Shown here: positions 48,489 to 62,345 of the stretch, one piece after another
How the letters are laid out: each line of letters opens with the position of its first letter
Numbering within the stretch: position 1 is the stretch's first letter
Assembly (NCBI RefSeq): GCF_036321535.1
Contig: NC_087436.1
Location: 7,068,001-7,132,000, forward strand
Source: Camelus dromedarius
Taxonomy: Eukaryota
Reading direction: 5' to 3'
DNA length: 64,000 nt
Position numbers and translations under genes: made by a program
The notes under the pieces: model-generated
Databases searched by the model: none
The model's input: the letters and a program-made list of their open reading frames with translations, nothing else
Told to the model about the DNA's origin: nothing

Positions 48489-51400
48489 AGAGGCCATTCA
48501 CTAAGAATGTCAACTAAGAGAGGTTTGAAAGGGGCAGTAACAGAATGGAGAGGAGGAAGGCAGACTGCGCCCTAGGTGGCCAGACACTTCAGAAAGACCT
48601 TACTGGGAATGAGAATTTACCCTGCTAAAAGGGAAACAAAAACACTGACTGCAACTAGAAAATAATTTGTGAATTGCATTTTTTCAATACACATGTGTTA
48701 GCCAACCATAATAAAATTCCTGCCTATGTATGCAATTACACTTAACTGCCCAGTTAGTTTTAACAATGCCATGGCTACATCACGGGAACATTGATAAAGG
48801 CGATCAAAACATTGCACGCTAGGTTAAAAGAAAAGACTTTATTTCATGGGCAATCAATAAGACCATAACAATTTTCATTGTGGGAAAAATTGTCCAAGCA
48901 GAGAATATAATGTCTGAAGTAAATTTAGAATCTAGGGAAAGAAATTCAATCTAGGGTGTTCAGTGCCTCAAAAATAAAAGTTAGTCCCATTTTTGCTTTC
49001 TGTAGATACTTAAATGTAGAAACTGTTAATAACATGAACTCTCTGACCTAAGAGCGAGGAGCTGACTTGCCGTGTGGTCTGATGGGAGCCAGTGGAGTGG
49101 AGGTATGTCACAATGTTTGAGGTTGTCCTTAATTCACATAGATTGGAAGCTTTTTTTTTTTTTTTCCAAATAAGACTATAAAACTGACTTAGGATCAAGT
49201 CAGTGTCACATGCGGCATTGAGATGAAGATAGGCACAGGTCTACCAGATGTCATTTAATGAGCTAATTTCATTCATGGGCACTATGGTCCAGGTAGTTTT
49301 ATTTTATGCCAGATATTTACAGACAAGACTAAAGTGAACCAAGATGCCTTCAAATTGTAGTCTTCTTTTGGCTGAATGTCTCCCATTTCTCAGGCCTTAA
49401 GGGGCAAGACTTATCGAGTGATCCCAGGATAATGAATGAATATTTTATCAAGCAGCCTCAATCACAGCCAGATCACAGGCGATGCCTGGTCCAAGAGTTG
49501 CCAATGCAGGCTTGCCAGCAATCTAGAAGATTCTAATAGGAGCACTAAGACCGGCAGAGAAAGTAGCAGCCAACTTGAACTCATCACGTTCTTTTGGGGG
49601 AGTTTCTCTGCAAAGGCAAAAAAGAGCAAAGGCTGTAATCAAAGAAGTCAGTATGCAGAAGCCATGAGACAAGGACAATGAGGAACACACAAAAATCGTG
49701 AATAAGGAGGCCTATGAGGTCAAGAAAGTGATGAATTAAAGGCAGGGGTGTTGGAAGCTGAGTGCAACAGACCCCTGTTTCTTGGGGAGCAAACAAATGC
49801 TGGGGCATCATTGCACCGAGATAGATGTCTGGTCTCAGAACCACTCCCTGCATCTGGGCTCTGTGTGCAAATGGTCCTCGTTCTTCCCGAAACCAGGATG
49901 GAGCACCATTCCTGTGCTTTGTGCGTTCTCTCTCGGTAACCACGCTGTTCCCAGCACCTGGAACAGTGCCTGGGATACTGTAGCGGCACCCAGAGCAGTG
50001 CCCAAGATACTGCAAAGGTTTTAGTAAATGAACATCTTACCCAGCCCCTGAAGGGCCCGTGTTATACAGATAAATTGGACAATCAACGAACATGCATTTA
50101 CTGAAGAGCCTCTGTAACTGCCCAGTACTGCTGAATATCCAGAAGTAAAATGACTTTACAAATATTTATATTTTCTTCGTTTAGGTATAACTGACAGATA
50201 AGTGACTCTTCACAGCGAGGATGCAAGATTAACGAAGAGGAGCAAAGAACAGACTGTTTAGAGTTAAATTTTGCGCGCTGTGGAAGCTCAGATGAAGGAA
50301 GGATGGACAAGGAGCGAGGCGCCCAGAGAAGAGCCTCCAGCTCCATCCTGAGGTCTCGGGGGGAGGACGGGCTGCGGAAGGCGGCGCCTGGACAGCGAGG
50401 ACCCGTGCCCACTGGACGGGCCTCGGGGTCAGGAGACCCTGAAACGCGCTGCAGTGAGTAAGGGGCTGTGGCATTACGTGGACAAACGTGTTCCACAGAG
50501 ATGGTATTCGTTATTCCAGGGGATCCGTAAGTGCTTGGAATAGAGGAAGGAGGCAGGGGAGCAGAAGAAAGGATGTGATGAGGTGACGGTGTGAAACACA
50601 GATCTGATTGGGCAGGAGTCCAGGACACAAGGGTGAGCGAGTGGAAGGCGGGTAACCCAGGCTGGGAAGCATGGGGTCCAGAGAGGAGGGAAGAACAAAG
50701 ACGATTTAAAGGGAAAAAATCAGTAGAATTTGATGTTCAACAGAACATGAGAAATTAAAGAAAAAATGAAGCCTTGCTCTCATCGCCCTGCCCCCCAAAA
50801 AAACCCCAAGAAACAAGACTTAAAATTCCTAGTCTGAGTGCCTAAGATGGAGCAGCCACCCTGACGGAGGCAGAGGGAGGGTGGACAGAGGCGCTGATCT
50901 AACTCGGGGCCGGAGGGTGGGTCCGGTGGTCTGCATCCTGCCCGGCGTCAGGGAAGCACTGAGCCCACGCATTTTCCAGAACACGTTCGACCCATCCTTT
51001 TTGGTCACTGCTCAGGTTTCAACTCCCCGGGGGCAGAGCCACCTGCAAGCAAGCTGTTTCTAGCCCAGGGTACCCTCCAGTTACTCTCAAATGATAGAAT
51101 TTGTGTGATCGTGGATCACCGGGTAGTTTGCTTTAATAGCACCTAAATGACCAAAAGCGCAGAAGAAACAAAGTAGCCGAGCAGAACGTGAATACATAGC
51201 AGAGGACAGACTGGAGATGTGAGTGGGGAAGGGGTTCGGCTGCAGCACCACACAGTTATGATTATTATCTCTAAAGAAAATTATAATTATTGACTCCCAT
51301 GCAAACCTAGCCTCGGAAAAGAACATGTACAATGTGGAATCTCTAAGATTCACCTGAAAAAGTCACTCCCCCAGGACCAGCAGGGTGAACGCCGGCTGGT

Positions 51401-52019
51401 GGGGAGTCCCGACTCCCTGAGTGTATCTTCTCTTGTTGACCTTCCCGACAGGGGAGGGGAGAGACTGGGGACCCCCCCTCCCACGTGCTGCTCTCATGCC
51501 TCCGCTGCCCAGGGGACAGGGCAGATGTCCTTTGCTAAGATTCTTACCTTTTCAAGAGTCCCAGGACATGACCAAGCCTGAAAGATACAGATTTGTGAGA
51601 AAAAACAAAGCAAAACAACCAAACTGCTTTCCCCTCCAAAAGCAATTTGGAATGAATAGATGCCAGCGTTTCTTTCACAGTCCTGTTAACATTCTTCTTG
51701 GTCCAAGCATCTGGATCCTGGGGTTGAAGTGCCTGGGACTGGGGTGAAGCATGCAGTCTCCCAGGAATGGGATATAGTTGAGGTTACTGTCAGCACAGGG
51801 AGCCGGGGCTGAGCCCAGACCAAGGGCTCAGGCAGCAGGATTAAGGCAAAGGTCAGAAATCTTCAACAACTCAAGTGAAAGGTTTTAAATGATCAGAGTC
51901 TAAAGATGCCAACAGTTTCAAAGCGGTGGTCCTCAAGGCGCTTTCAAGGTCAGCCCGGTCAAAAGTTTCATAAACTTTGTCATTATGGAAATCATCATAA
52001 CACTAACACATTTGCTCTT

Positions 52020-53085
52020 TTCTCTGTGTTGACATTTGCACAGATGGTACAAAGCAAGGGTGTGTAAACCGCTGGCCCCTGAACATGAATTAAAGCAGCG
52101 GCGCCAAGCCCACCTAGTGGTCACTGTGGTTGTCACCGTCACGTGCTTGCAGTAAACAAACTGACAAACAAAAACTCACCAGTCCTTGATGAGGCAGTAA
52201 AATTTTTAACATCTCATGCAATCTTGTCTCTCGAGTACTTGCCTTTTTATCATTCTGGATGAAGAAATGGAAATACAGAGTGCTTCTGCAGTGACTGAAG
52301 CCGCAGTGTTCTGTTTGTATGCCAGTCATCCCTCCATAAGGTGGTTTTTTAAAAATGCACTTTTTTGAGCATAAAGGTACCTAGCTTTTTCTCTTTTTTG
52401 GAGGGTGGGGGTAGAATTTCAGGAACACAATTTTTTCCAGAACAATGACTGCGATTATTCAGATTCAGATATTTGATGTTAAGAACTGAATGTTGTGTCT
52501 CCAAAATTCACGTTGAAACCCTTCTCCCCCGTGTGATGGTATAAGAGGGGGGGACTGGGAGAGGTCATCAGATTAGGAGAAGTCGGGGGGGGGCCTTCAT
52601 CAGTGGGATTAGCGCCCTTATATGGGTGACGAGAGAGCTTGCTGCCTCCCTCTGCTCTCCGCCTATGAGGACACGAGAAGTCAGCAGTCTGCACCCCGGA
52701 AGAGCACTCTCTCCAGCAGTCATCCACACCGTCACCCTGACCTCAGGCTTTCAGCCGCCAGAGCTGTGAGAAATAAATTTCTGTTCTTTGTAAGCACCCA
52801 ATCTATGGTAATTTATTATAGCCGCCCAAACTAAGACATTTGGTAAAATTTTTTTTTCAAAAATGAAAAAGGTTAGCCCACCACGTCAGGGAAAATGACT
52901 AGTAGTTATTTGCTGCCCACAATAAAATACAAGCCATCAAGTGAAAATTAGAATTTGGAAAATCTGTATCTGCTATTGTAAACTTGACAGCTTCTCAATG
53001 GGGAAAGACATTTCTGCTGAGATTGGTAGTGATAGCTTAAAGAATGTGCTTTTGATGTTGTATAATGAAAAGTGTCAACAAAACC
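52020..53085 (+). mobile_element. Charlie1-like hAT DNA transposon internal fragment (interrupted by an LTR)
   Basis: gacatttgcacagatggtacaaagcaag... and gaaaattagaatttggaaaatctgtatc...cttgacagcttc...tataatgaaaagtgtcaaca resemble recalled Charlie1 transposase sequence. Confidence 0.6.
52477..52838 (+). mobile_element. MaLR solo LTR (MLT1A-like)
   Basis: TG...CA, 362 bp; actgaatgttgtgtctccaaaattcacgttgaaacc start and gctgtgagaaataaatttctgttctttgtaagc...aaactaagaca end; 5-bp flanks tttga/tttgg. Confidence 0.85.
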
Positions 53086-53504
53086 ACTTCCTTAAAATGT
53101 AGGGTAGGCTCCTGTGATCCAGACCATTCTGTTCCTTCGTTACTGAAAACACACGGACATAAGTCACATGTGAAAATTACCAGTTTCTACTGGAAGCGGT
53201 GAGCAGCTAAGCTGTTAGGCTGCACTTTGAAGATGTGTGTGTGGACATCCAGGGTCACTTGAGAACCAGCTGAAACCCATTTATCTGTGGAAAGTATAGG
53301 TATGGGACCCTTGGAAAAGTTAGCTCCATTTTTCTTGTCGTTTAATTATAAGAGAAAGATCTAGAACATGAATGATCCACATTCCTTCTTGGTTTGAATA
53401 TATTACAAATAGAATAATTTCTGGAGTCACATAGATTTAGGTTTAAAATCCAGATCTTCCTCCTTCCAATTATGTGACTTTGAGAAATTGACATCCCTGA
53501 GCCC

Positions 53505-53968
53505 CCCTAGTCTCCCTCAGTGATCTCTGTTTCCTGGTTTTTGTACCCTTGTGTCCCCTTCCATGTTGCATTTGGTCCACAAAACATGGCAGAAGTGAAG
53601 GTATGTGACGTCCAAGATTAGACTGTAAAAGACAGTGACGTCTGTCTTGAGCTTATGCTTTTCTTTCGGAGCACAGCTCCTGGGGAAAGCCGCTGACATG
53701 CCTCGAGGCTGCCCAGGCAGCCCGGGCGGAGGCCCATGTGGTGACCAACTGGCCAGCCAACACCACGTGAGTGAGCTTGGAAGGACGTTTCAGCTCCAGC
53801 GAAGCTTTGAGGTGCCTGGTGCCCTGGTAGACAGGTTGTCCTCAACGTCATGCAAGCCCTTGAGGTGGAACCCAACAGCTGAGCTGCTCCCCAGTTCTTG
53901 GCCACAGAAATTATTTGTTGTTTTAAGTAGGTAGGTTTTAGGAGCAATTTTTCAGGCAGCAAGAGACA
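53505..53968 (+). mobile_element. MaLR LTR (older MLT1 subfamily)
   Basis: atggcagaagtgaaggtatgtgacgtccaagattag...cacgtgagtgagcttggaag...tgttgttttaag...gcagcaagagaca. Confidence 0.7.
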
Positions 53969-54460
53969 TTCATTACCTACAGCTTGCTAAAAGGTTACGT
54001 TCATTCTTTGAAATGTGCTCCCAAGTCTCCCAGAAATATTTTTCCCTACAAAGCTGGTAAAAGTTGACTTAGTTGTCTGAATCTAAACTAGAAACGTTGA
54101 AGCCACTAAAGCAAACAATTCTTGCCTTGAAATAAGCCTAAGTTTGTGGTCTGGTGCAAAATTATAGAGATTTTCCTGAAATGGGTGGGCCAGGCTCACA
54201 ATCTTAGCTGTATTTCACAGTCTTTACGATACTGTCTCTCTGGTCATTTTGGTTGTTTGAAGTTAGTTCTCTAGAAGTTTCATTAAGAAAGATTTGTGGG
54301 GAAAGATCTTGCACTTGAAATTCCATGTGGCTGAATCTAAAATCCTTAGCTCACATTCCTTTTCTTGAGCATCTTAAAAAGAGCATGCCATTGTCTTCTT
54401 GCATAAAGTAGTGCTAACTCAAAATCTGATGACAAACTGAGTTTATTTTCCTTTTAAGTA

Positions 54461-54782
54461 CAATTTGTCCCTTGATATTCATGGGGGATTGGTTCCAGGA
54501 CCCCCACATGGGTACCAAAATCCACACATGCTCAAGTTCCTAATAAAATGGTGCATATAATATATTTGCATATAACCTAAGCACACCCTCCTGTATACTT
54601 TAAATCATCCCCAGGTTACTTACAACACCTAATACAATGTAAATACTATGTAAATGGTCACCAGTGTGTGGCAAATTCAAGTTTTGCTTTTTGGAAATTT
54701 CTGGAGTTTTTTCTTGAATATTTTGGATCTGAAGTTGGTTGAACCGCTGGATATGAAACTTTTGGTTATGGAGGGCCAATTC
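54461..54782 (+). mobile_element. MER2-like Tigger (TcMar) non-autonomous DNA transposon
   Basis: gggggattggttccaggacccc...accaaaatcc...atgctcaagt...tttgcatataaccta...; flanked by TA dinucleotides. Confidence 0.85.
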
Positions 54783-55098
54783 TATGTGCCTACAGGACAT
54801 TTACTCCCTGAAGAGCTATAGTTCTGTTAGAATAAATCTTGCACTGAGTGGTTGGCTACTATACATACAAGCAGGTGGAACAGTCAGTAAATAGTTTCAC
54901 ATCTCCCCTAAAGAGAGCTCTATTGAATTTTAGATTTCAGCATCTGTTTGCTTGAATTATTTGGTTTTCCTCTTCAGAGACCCCCTATATACACATGTTA
55001 GATCTTCTTTTACTGTTTTCTAAGTCTACCACTTTCTATCAAATCCTTTTTTATCTCTTTCTTCATTTCCTTTCAATATTTAAACATTTCCTCATTTG

Positions 55099-55354
55099 TG
55101 AACCCTACTACACTGTTGGTGGAGATGCAAATTGGTGCAGCCACTATGGAGGGCAGTAAAGAGTTTCCTTAAAAAACTAAAAATAAACTAACCCTATGCT
55201 CCAGAAATTCCACTCCTGAGCATATATCCAGGGAAAACTCTAACTTGAAAAGACACAGGCACCCCAATGTTCATAGCAGCACTATTTACAATACCCAAGG
55301 CATAGAAGCCACCTAAATGTCTACCAACAGATGAATAGAGAAGATGAGAGATTT

Positions 55355-55389
<35 letters not shown>

Positions 55390-55855
55390 CACAGAATATT
55401 ACTCAGCCATAAAAAGAGTAAATAATGCCATTTGCAGCAACATGAATGGACCTAGAGATTATCATATTAAGTGAAGTAAGTCAGACAAATATCATATATC
55501 AATTATATGTGAAATCTAAAAAAATATGATACAAATCTTATTTACAAACCAAAAATTGACTCACAGACATAGAAAACAATCTATGGTTACCAAAGGGAAA
55601 GGGCAGAGGAGGCATAAATTAGGAGTTTAGGATTAACAGATATACATTACTGTATATAAAATAGATAAACAAAGACCCACTATATATAGCACAGGGAAAT
55701 ATATTCAATTTGTTGCAATAACATATAATGGAAAAGAATCTGAAAAAGAATATAAATGTATGTGTATGTGTATGTATAACTGAAACACTTTGCTGTACAC
55801 CTGAAACTAACATTGTAAATCAACTACACTTCAATAAAAAGCAAAGTTTAAAAAA
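55099..55855 (+). mobile_element. 5'-truncated L1 (ORF2 C-terminus remnant, 3'UTR and polyA)
   Basis: acactgttggtggagatgcaaattggtgcagccactatgg...caccccaatgttcatagcagcactatttacaata...aataaaaa; TSD atttcctcatttg (55086-55098) / atttcctcctttg (55856-55868); internal (TA)n at ~55354-55389. Confidence 0.9.
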
Positions 55856-56777
55856 ATTTCCTCCTTTGCTATCTTTTACTTTCGCTAGTATTTTGTGTTG
55901 TGTTTGTTATTTTGTTTTATCTTTCTTTCTCTAATGATTTTTTTCTAAATAAGTTCTCAGTTCTTTTGCTTTTCATTTAACATTTTCTAAATATACTCTT
56001 ATATATGCAATTTTTTAAAAATTCCAATTTTTCATGTTTTGTCAATGCTTATCATAGTTCTCTTTATGTTATTTTTTAACCATATTTTGAACTATAAGGC
56101 TAAAGTTTTCCTTCATTGCATAAGCTTGAATTCCTGGCATTATTTCATAGTATGCAAGGATTTAATATACTCCCAATTCTCTTTTTCTTTCTAATTATTA
56201 CAACTTGGTTTGAAATTTGATAAATTGTTTTCTGCAGCTCATTTTCAAGTGAATTGAGTATTTCTGTCTTTTTAAGAGGGACAAATGAGCCAGGATAGCT
56301 TTTCTGACTTCATAACGCTAGGGTTCTCTGTTTTGTTGTTTTCAGAAAGTAATAAAAAGTACAGCAGTGAACTGTCTGGGATGTTCCTCTCCCCTAATCT
56401 TATCTGAACCTTCTCTTTCCTTCACCCCTACCATCCTGTCCTTCTCAAGGATGACTCTACTCTGAGCATCTTCTCCTCCGTGCAGGGCTGTGCCAAGGAG
56501 CGTTGGTCTGGTTTGTCACTGTGGGGGATTCACAGACACGAGCCCCTGCACCAACCCAGCATCCTCGGATCCTGCATCCCTTATGGAACTTTCTGCACAG
56601 CAACATCTGCTAATCAGTCGCCCGCCCTGTTTCTGCAGCCATTCTTAGAAAAGCACTCCCGTGCTTTCCAGGGAGTCACTGATAGTAATTTAGTACATCT
56701 CCGTCTTTGGTTTTGCTTTCGAGGTTTCTCTGCTTGTTTTTATAGGGAAATTCAGAGAGATTAAAAAACTGAACGGC

Positions 56778-56860
56778 ATGACTGGGACATTGTGCTGTAC
56801 ACAAGAAACTGACACATCATAATTGACTATATTTCAATAAAAACAAAACAAAAGAAAAAT
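56778..56860 (+). mobile_element. Very short L1 3' tail insertion
   Basis: atgactgggacattgtgctgtacac...ttcaataaaaacaaaac; TSD actgaacggc / actgaacagc. Confidence 0.65.
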
Positions 56861-59369
56861 ACTGAACAGCCATTACTACCCAATTCCCAGAATGGTATTC
56901 TCTTGCTTTTTCTTTGAGACAAAATTTCCTTAGAAAAAATTTTTTTAGAAATTGTACCTCTATTTAATTTTCTTTTTAACTAGTTAAAAGTATTTATTAT
57001 GTAAACTTTAAAACATTCACAGAGGTAGAGAGGATAGTATATTGCCGCTCCCCTGGGCACTCATTTTCAACAATTATTCACAAGAAGCCAATATTATTTC
57101 GTTTTTATCCCTTTAATCCTCTCTCAGTGGATTATTTTGAAGAACATTCAAGAAATCATGCCATTTCCACATAAAATGCTTTCACTTTTCAATTATTTTT
57201 GAACGCTGAATTTTGGATATACTATATATTACATTAGGCTGAGATGATTTACAACTTCACACATGGTACGAGTACATAATGGGGACTTGGTTTCGCACAT
57301 CTTGGGAAAACTGTGAAATCAAAATTAGGAGGAGGTCTATTCTTAGAGATTGAGGAGAATACAATGCGAAACAACAACAACATTTAAAACCATTGATCCA
57401 GTTTTCTCCTTCAGAAAATCTGAGTCACACTTAACTCCCGTTTCTCCTCCCCAAACAGAACCAAGGACCCAAAGTCCCATCTGCTCAGCATCTTCCACAG
57501 TCCTAGTCCGCCGTCACTGCCTCGGTGCGGGGCTTCACCGTGTCTCTCCTGGGCTCCGGCTTCCAACTCATCTTGCGACCTCACCTCACCCCTTAGTCCA
57601 GGAACTATTAGCAAGATCCTTCTTAAATGTAAATCGATTCATTTGGCTCTTCTGCTTAGAAGCGCTTAGTGGCGTCCTTTCATTTAAGCCTAAAGGAAAC
57701 ACTGCTTTTGAAATAGACAAGGCTGCTCAGGACCTGGAGCTGTTTATTTCTTCCCTCTGTCCTCTCACTGTCGGTACAAACAGCCCTCGTGTTTCCTCCA
57801 GCGCTTGAAGTTACACTGCTATGCGTCTTACATGTTGTTCTGTTTTTCCCCCCAAACCCCTCTGCCACACTGCCAGCAAACGGACAAGCTTCAGCAATGT
57901 TCCCTCCAGCTTTGGGGAGGGGAAAAAAAAACTTGTAGAGTAAAATAGCTAAAGTTTATTCACAAAGAAAATTTAAACATTACTTTGGACTTTTCATATC
58001 CCGCTTGCATTTCTTACCTCACGTTTTCCTCCAGACCCTGCGTGAGGGAGGTGAAGCAAGTGCTGGTCTCTGGGGGTGAGTTCACAAGCAGCGGCAGTGG
58101 TCAGCAGGTGGCCAGAGGAGAAGGCTCTGGAAAACTCCAGCAGGCTCATATATCACTCTCACAGTTCATGGCAGGGGATGTCTTTCATTATGCAGATTTT
58201 TGACGCCCTTTTTTACCCCCTAAGCTGTCAAGACCACCAGTTCTGAATAATAGGCAACTAAAAAGCTTTCTACTGGAAGAAAATTTTTTTCACCACTTTC
58301 TTCACTCACAAAAGCAACAAGGTCAAAAGTTTAGGGAAGCTCAGTTTGAAATGACCTCCATGTTTTGTTATGGTGACTTCTGATTTCTAGATGCAGAAGA
58401 GGTTTAAGAGTAAAATCCTGCTGGTCCGGTTAGAAGTCATGGGAATTCCTCTATCTGGAGATAAAAACAGGGTTTCAATTATTAGGCGGCCAAAAGCTCA
58501 CGGAGAGCTGGGTTAGAGAACTGGTGTATGACCTTCACCTACCCTTGAAATGGAATGAAAATCTACATTTCCACAGGCACCAGGAGCTCCCGTCAGAATT
58601 CCTGTGGTGACACTTTATTCTGAAAGAAGAGGAAAGTGAAAGCATGTGGGTGAGAGGTCAGAGCAGGCAACGCTGCAGTGGGAGCTGCCAATCCACTGGG
58701 GAAGCCCCAGGAAGTCCCAGTTTTTCTAGACGAAACATTGAACTCAGTTTTTGGCTTGCATTTGGTAAACAAAAATTGAGAGATTCAAGTATGATAACCT
58801 CTGGTGTCCCGTACAGCTCACAAGATTGGTTAAAATGGGTAAATGATTTTTTGTTTGGCTGGTTGGTTTTTGTAAATTGCTTTTCTGCAGGTTGGGGGAA
58901 CAATTAGGTTTTCAATGAATGCTTTTTGATGAAAGATACCTAAATCATAAAACTAATTTTGAAATTCTGAAACCGTATTGTAAGTTTTACTTTGTTGTTT
59001 CAGATTGTAATGTCTTTGAAGGCAGCAGTGTGCTGCTGTCTTCAAAGACTTTAATGACTCTAACATGTCAAAAATAAACTGATTAATGTGGATGAGTGAT
59101 AAGTCCACGGTTTACTCTGGCCGATAGCCTCTCCCACGGAATAATGTAATCTTGAGAAAATAATTAGATAAAGCTGATTTTTTTTCCAAGATGAAATTTA
59201 AGAAATTTTGGATATTTAGGAATTAAAAATAAATTAAAGGACCAATTTAGTCCCTTAGAAATATGTTTGAGAATGCTTAAAATTAGCCTTTCAATAAAAT
59301 AAATAAAATCAAAAGTGTGTGAGAAGAGACCTCTAGTGTTGATAGTAGCTTACTGCAGTTTACTTTATA

Positions 59370-62345
59370 AAAACTGCCTCTGGGAAGATGGAATAAATGT
59401 ATTGTCCCTCCTCCTTCCACTAAGCAGAACTAAAAATCCTGACGTTATATATAAAACCAACATAAGATGACTCTGGAAGGTGGAGAGAAGAAGGCAGGCT
59501 GGCTAGAGACCTCAGGACCAGAGGAGACATGTTCCCGGTTTCTTTATGCCTCATGCATCCCAGACTCGGAGCTACAGGAGCTGGCAACCCAGAATCACCA
59601 GTGAATTCAGACCAAACAAAACAAGCCTGCTCTGTGGCCAAAGAACCAAGAAACAGGCGGCCAGCAAAACCAAAAACTGGGAGACAGCAGCTGCACTGCT
59701 CCGGTACAACACTACAGGGAGAACTGGGGCCCCACCTTCCCCCGGGCATCCAGGGCTGAGTTGGGAAGCCTGGTTTCCACTGTCCTCGGGCTCCAGTGGC
59801 CTCCAAGGCCAGCCTCCTCTTACTAGAGTCTAGGGTCAGAGGGAGCAGAGCAGGAGTGAGGACTTTCCTCCCTCCCAGGCAGTGTCAGTAGAGACCACAT
59901 AGATTTCCACACCTGCCCCACAGTGTGAGCAGTAATGAGATGCCCCACCTTCTCTCCCTGCTGCGGTGGTTTCTGAGGACACTGACTGCAGAGTCAGGAC
60001 TTTTCTCCCATCCAGAAGGAATGAGGCCAGTCCTCCCCCATGATGTCAGTGGAGGCCATAAGGGGAGCAGTGACAAGGCCCCTTGTCCCCTCTCAGCTGG
60101 GGAGGTGGGTGGCAGGGGACAGGAGCTCCAACAGTGATGCCTAGGCCCTCCCCTTGGATGTCAGAGAAGGTCAAGTGGGAACCTGAAATTCTACCCCACC
60201 TGGCAGCTTTGAGGCAGTGCACCCTCCACTTCTGTTCACCCCTGTGGATGAAATGAACTAAAACAGACAGAAGACTTAAATAAAATCCAAAATCCCATTA
60301 CATAATGCCTAGGTTTCAAAAGAAACCACTCATTGCAAGAACAAGGAAGATCTCAAACTGAATGAAAAAAAAGTCAATAAATAGATGCCAAGACTCAGAT
60401 GACAAAAATGTTAGAATTATCTGGTAAAAGTCTTAGAGCATTCATTATAAAAATGCTTCAACAAGCATTACAGGTGTGCTTGAAACAAACAAGTGTAGAA
60501 AGTATCACCAAGGAAATAGAAGATATAAAAAGAGAAATGGAACATTTAAGACTGAAAAATATGGTAACCAACCAACCAAACAAACAAACAAAAAAACAAA
60601 ACACTCAGTGAATGAACTTAAGAGCAGAATAGAGGGGAATAGAGGAAAGAATCAGTGAACTTGAAGACAGAGCAGTAGAAATTACCCACTCTGAATAACA
60701 GAGAAAGATAGATTGAAAAAAAGGTAAACAGACCTCCAGGGACCCTTGGGACCATAACAAAATATTTAACATTATTGTCATCAGAGTCCTAGAGAAGGAA
60801 GACAAAACTGAAAAAGCACTTGAAAAAATAATGGGTGAAAAATAATGGCTGAAAAGAAAGAGAGACATGCCATCCTAACAGTACAGGAAAAACAATTTGA
60901 ATAACAGATTTACCATGAGAAACCATGGAAGCCAGAAGGAAGTCACACAATATTTTTGAAGTGACGAATGCAAAGAGCTGTCAACACAAAATCCTATACT
61001 CAGCTAGATATCCTTCACAAATGAAGTGGAAATCAAGGCGTTCTCTGATGAAGAAGAACTAATCAGGTTTCTTGCCAATAGAGTGTCCTTAAGAGAAAGG
61101 CTAAAAGAAGTTCTCAAAAGAAATGATGAAAGAAGGAAGCTTGTAACATCTGAAGGGAAGAAAGAACAATGACAAGAGTAAACACGTAAATACAAAACAC
61201 AGTTTTTTTTTCTTCTTTTGGGTTTCCTAAATTATGTTTGAGAGTTGAAGCAAAAGTTGTTACACTGCTAGATATGGTTCTTAATGAACATAGAAAAATA
61301 TTTTAGCCAATTATAAGAGGGTGAGAGTAAAACAACATAAGGATAAGGTTTCTATACTTCTCTCAAACTGGTAAAATAAGGACACCAGGAGATGATTACA
61401 AGTTATAAATATATAATGGAATACCTAGCAATGACTAAAAACTATACAAAAGGATACACCCCAAAATACTAAATGAAGCAAAATGGAACACTGAAATATG
61501 TTCTGGTAACACACAGGCAGACAGGGAAGAGAAAACCGAGAAACAAAAAAACAGAACAAACAGAAAACAATTGGCAAACTTAAAGTCTAACATACAAATA
61601 ATTGCACTACATGTAAACAGCTTAAATATACCAATTAAAAGATAAAGATTGGCAGAGTGTATTAAAAAAATCTGACCCACTTATATGCTGTTTACAAAAA
61701 CTCATTTACATAACAGTGTAGATAGGTTGAAAGAAAAAGGGGAAGAGTTACATTATGCAAACATTAATCAGAAGAAAGCTTGAGTAGCTATATTAATATG
61801 AGATAAGTACACAAGAGAGCAAAGAAAATTGCTAGAGACAGAGAAGGGTATTATAGAATGATCAAAGGATAAGTTCACCAAGAAGATATAGCAATCCTGA
61901 ATGAGTATCTATCACACAGCAGACCTTTAAAATCCATGAAACAAGAACTGATAGAAATGAAAGGAGAAACAGACAAATCCACTATTATAGTTGGAGACTT
62001 CAACTCCTTTCTTTCAACAATTGGTAAAGCAATTAGGCTGAAATTCAGTGAAGATGTAAAAGAACTGAACACTCTCAGCCAACAAAATCGAATCAACACT
62101 TACAGAGCAGTCCACATAACAACAATGAATACACAACAATGAATACCATGCAACATACACCAAAGTAGACCGTATCTTTAGTCAGAAAGCAAACTTCACT
62201 GTCTTAACAGACAAAACCAAAAGTCACATGGTTTAATCAGTTAATGCAGAAAAAACATTTGACAAAAGTCCACACCCTTTCATGATAAAAACTCTCAGAA
62301 AAATAGGAATGCACATGAATGTCCTCACCTTGATAAAAAGCAGGA
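59370..62345 (+). mobile_element. Old degenerate L1 (L1M-type): 5' region, ORF1 remnants, ORF2 endonuclease and an RT fragment
   Basis: ORF 61936-62142 has ELIEMKGETDKSTIIVGDFNS (L1 APE endonuclease IVGDFN motif); ORF1-like coiled-coil remnants 60399-61150; 62210-62340 resembles the RT segment [24 protein letters not shown]; many stops and frameshifts. Confidence 0.85.

Noticed and set aside
50098..50628. 176-aa minus-strand ORF over a mildly CpG-rich patch
   Set aside because: No recognisable domain or splice structure; the flanks look like degenerate old repeat (possibly L2).
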